This document shows positions 63,633-64,000 of a stretch of 64,000 nt of DNA, in pieces. The position numbers and the translations under genes were made by a program. The stretch lies in the sequence record MT811961.1. One strand, written 5' to 3'. The notes beneath the pieces were generated by a model. That model was not told the DNA's origin and did not search any database. It saw only the letters and a program-made list of their open reading frames with translations. The first letter of the stretch is position 1. Each line of letters begins with the position of its first letter.

Positions 63633-64000
63633 TGTTTGAATCAGCAGAAGTATCCGAGATTAACTTTCCTTGTCCGATTAAGGTCGAGGAAGGTAAACTC
63701 ATCATCGAGTGGGTAAGCGGTAACCAGGAATTGAGTTTGGCTGGTTTTATCAAGGCTCACCTAGAATGGCCAGATGCCGGATCTATTGAACATCTGACCA
63801 ACCTTTACTACGAAGGATTCCACGGCACACTGACATGTATGTTTAGTCTACCTAAGCGCGACAAACATCAGGTACACGGCCTCCAGTTAGATGTGGAGGA
63901 CATTCCTTTCCGTCAAGTAAAGCTAATTGACTCAGTTGGTAATACACATGCGATTGCTTTGGAAGAGATGCCTGAGTTCTCAAAGGGCGATGTACTGGTC
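63632..64000 (+). CDS. Hypothetical protein, 3'-truncated by the window edge
   Basis: TAATG coupling; MFESAEVSEINFPCPIK... stays open to base 64000. Confidence 0.7.
   Translation, partial: MFESAEVSEINFPCPIKVEEGKLIIEWVSGNQELSLAGFIKAHLEWPDAGSIEHLTNLYYEGFHGTLTCMFSLPKRDKHQVHGLQLDVEDIPFRQVKLIDSVGNTHAIALEEMPEFSKGDVLV

Overview
This window looks like a 64-kb segment of a large lytic bacteriophage genome, most consistent with a phiKZ-related jumbo phage. It has about 82 tightly packed CDSs and no bacterial housekeeping context. Eight intergenic copies of the phiKZ-type early-promoter motif TATAT(T/A)AC are present, along with many rho-independent terminators, about half with cUUCGg loops. Most genes lie on the + strand and appear to be early or middle genes. 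Recognisable products are a DUF285/BspA-like repeat protein, UvsE UV-damage endonuclease, dihydrofolate reductase, a nucleotidyltransferase-like protein, a GNAT acetyltransferase, a HAD-family protein, a BCS1-like AAA+ ATPase, NAD-dependent DNA ligase, a NADAR protein, dTMP kinase and class Ia NrdA. Two degenerate paralogs of the jumbo-phage terminase N-terminus are also present. The most striking element is a 12.2-kb minus-strand island (25518-37677). It holds six tandem paralogous 425-465 aa proteins with a conserved core and unrelated C-terminal tips. These are followed by a 626-aa protein whose tail carries about 15 short beta-strand-like repeats falling into about six sequence classes. 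I infer a scaffoldin-like, multi-receptor-binding virion appendage; this is a hypothesis. A second notable signal is a near-exact copy of the EF-Tu N-terminal peptide (KFERTKPHVNIG) inside an early nucleotidyltransferase-like protein. No tRNA, rRNA, CRISPR array, integrase or transposase was seen. All functional calls come from motif recognition by eye; no database search was run.
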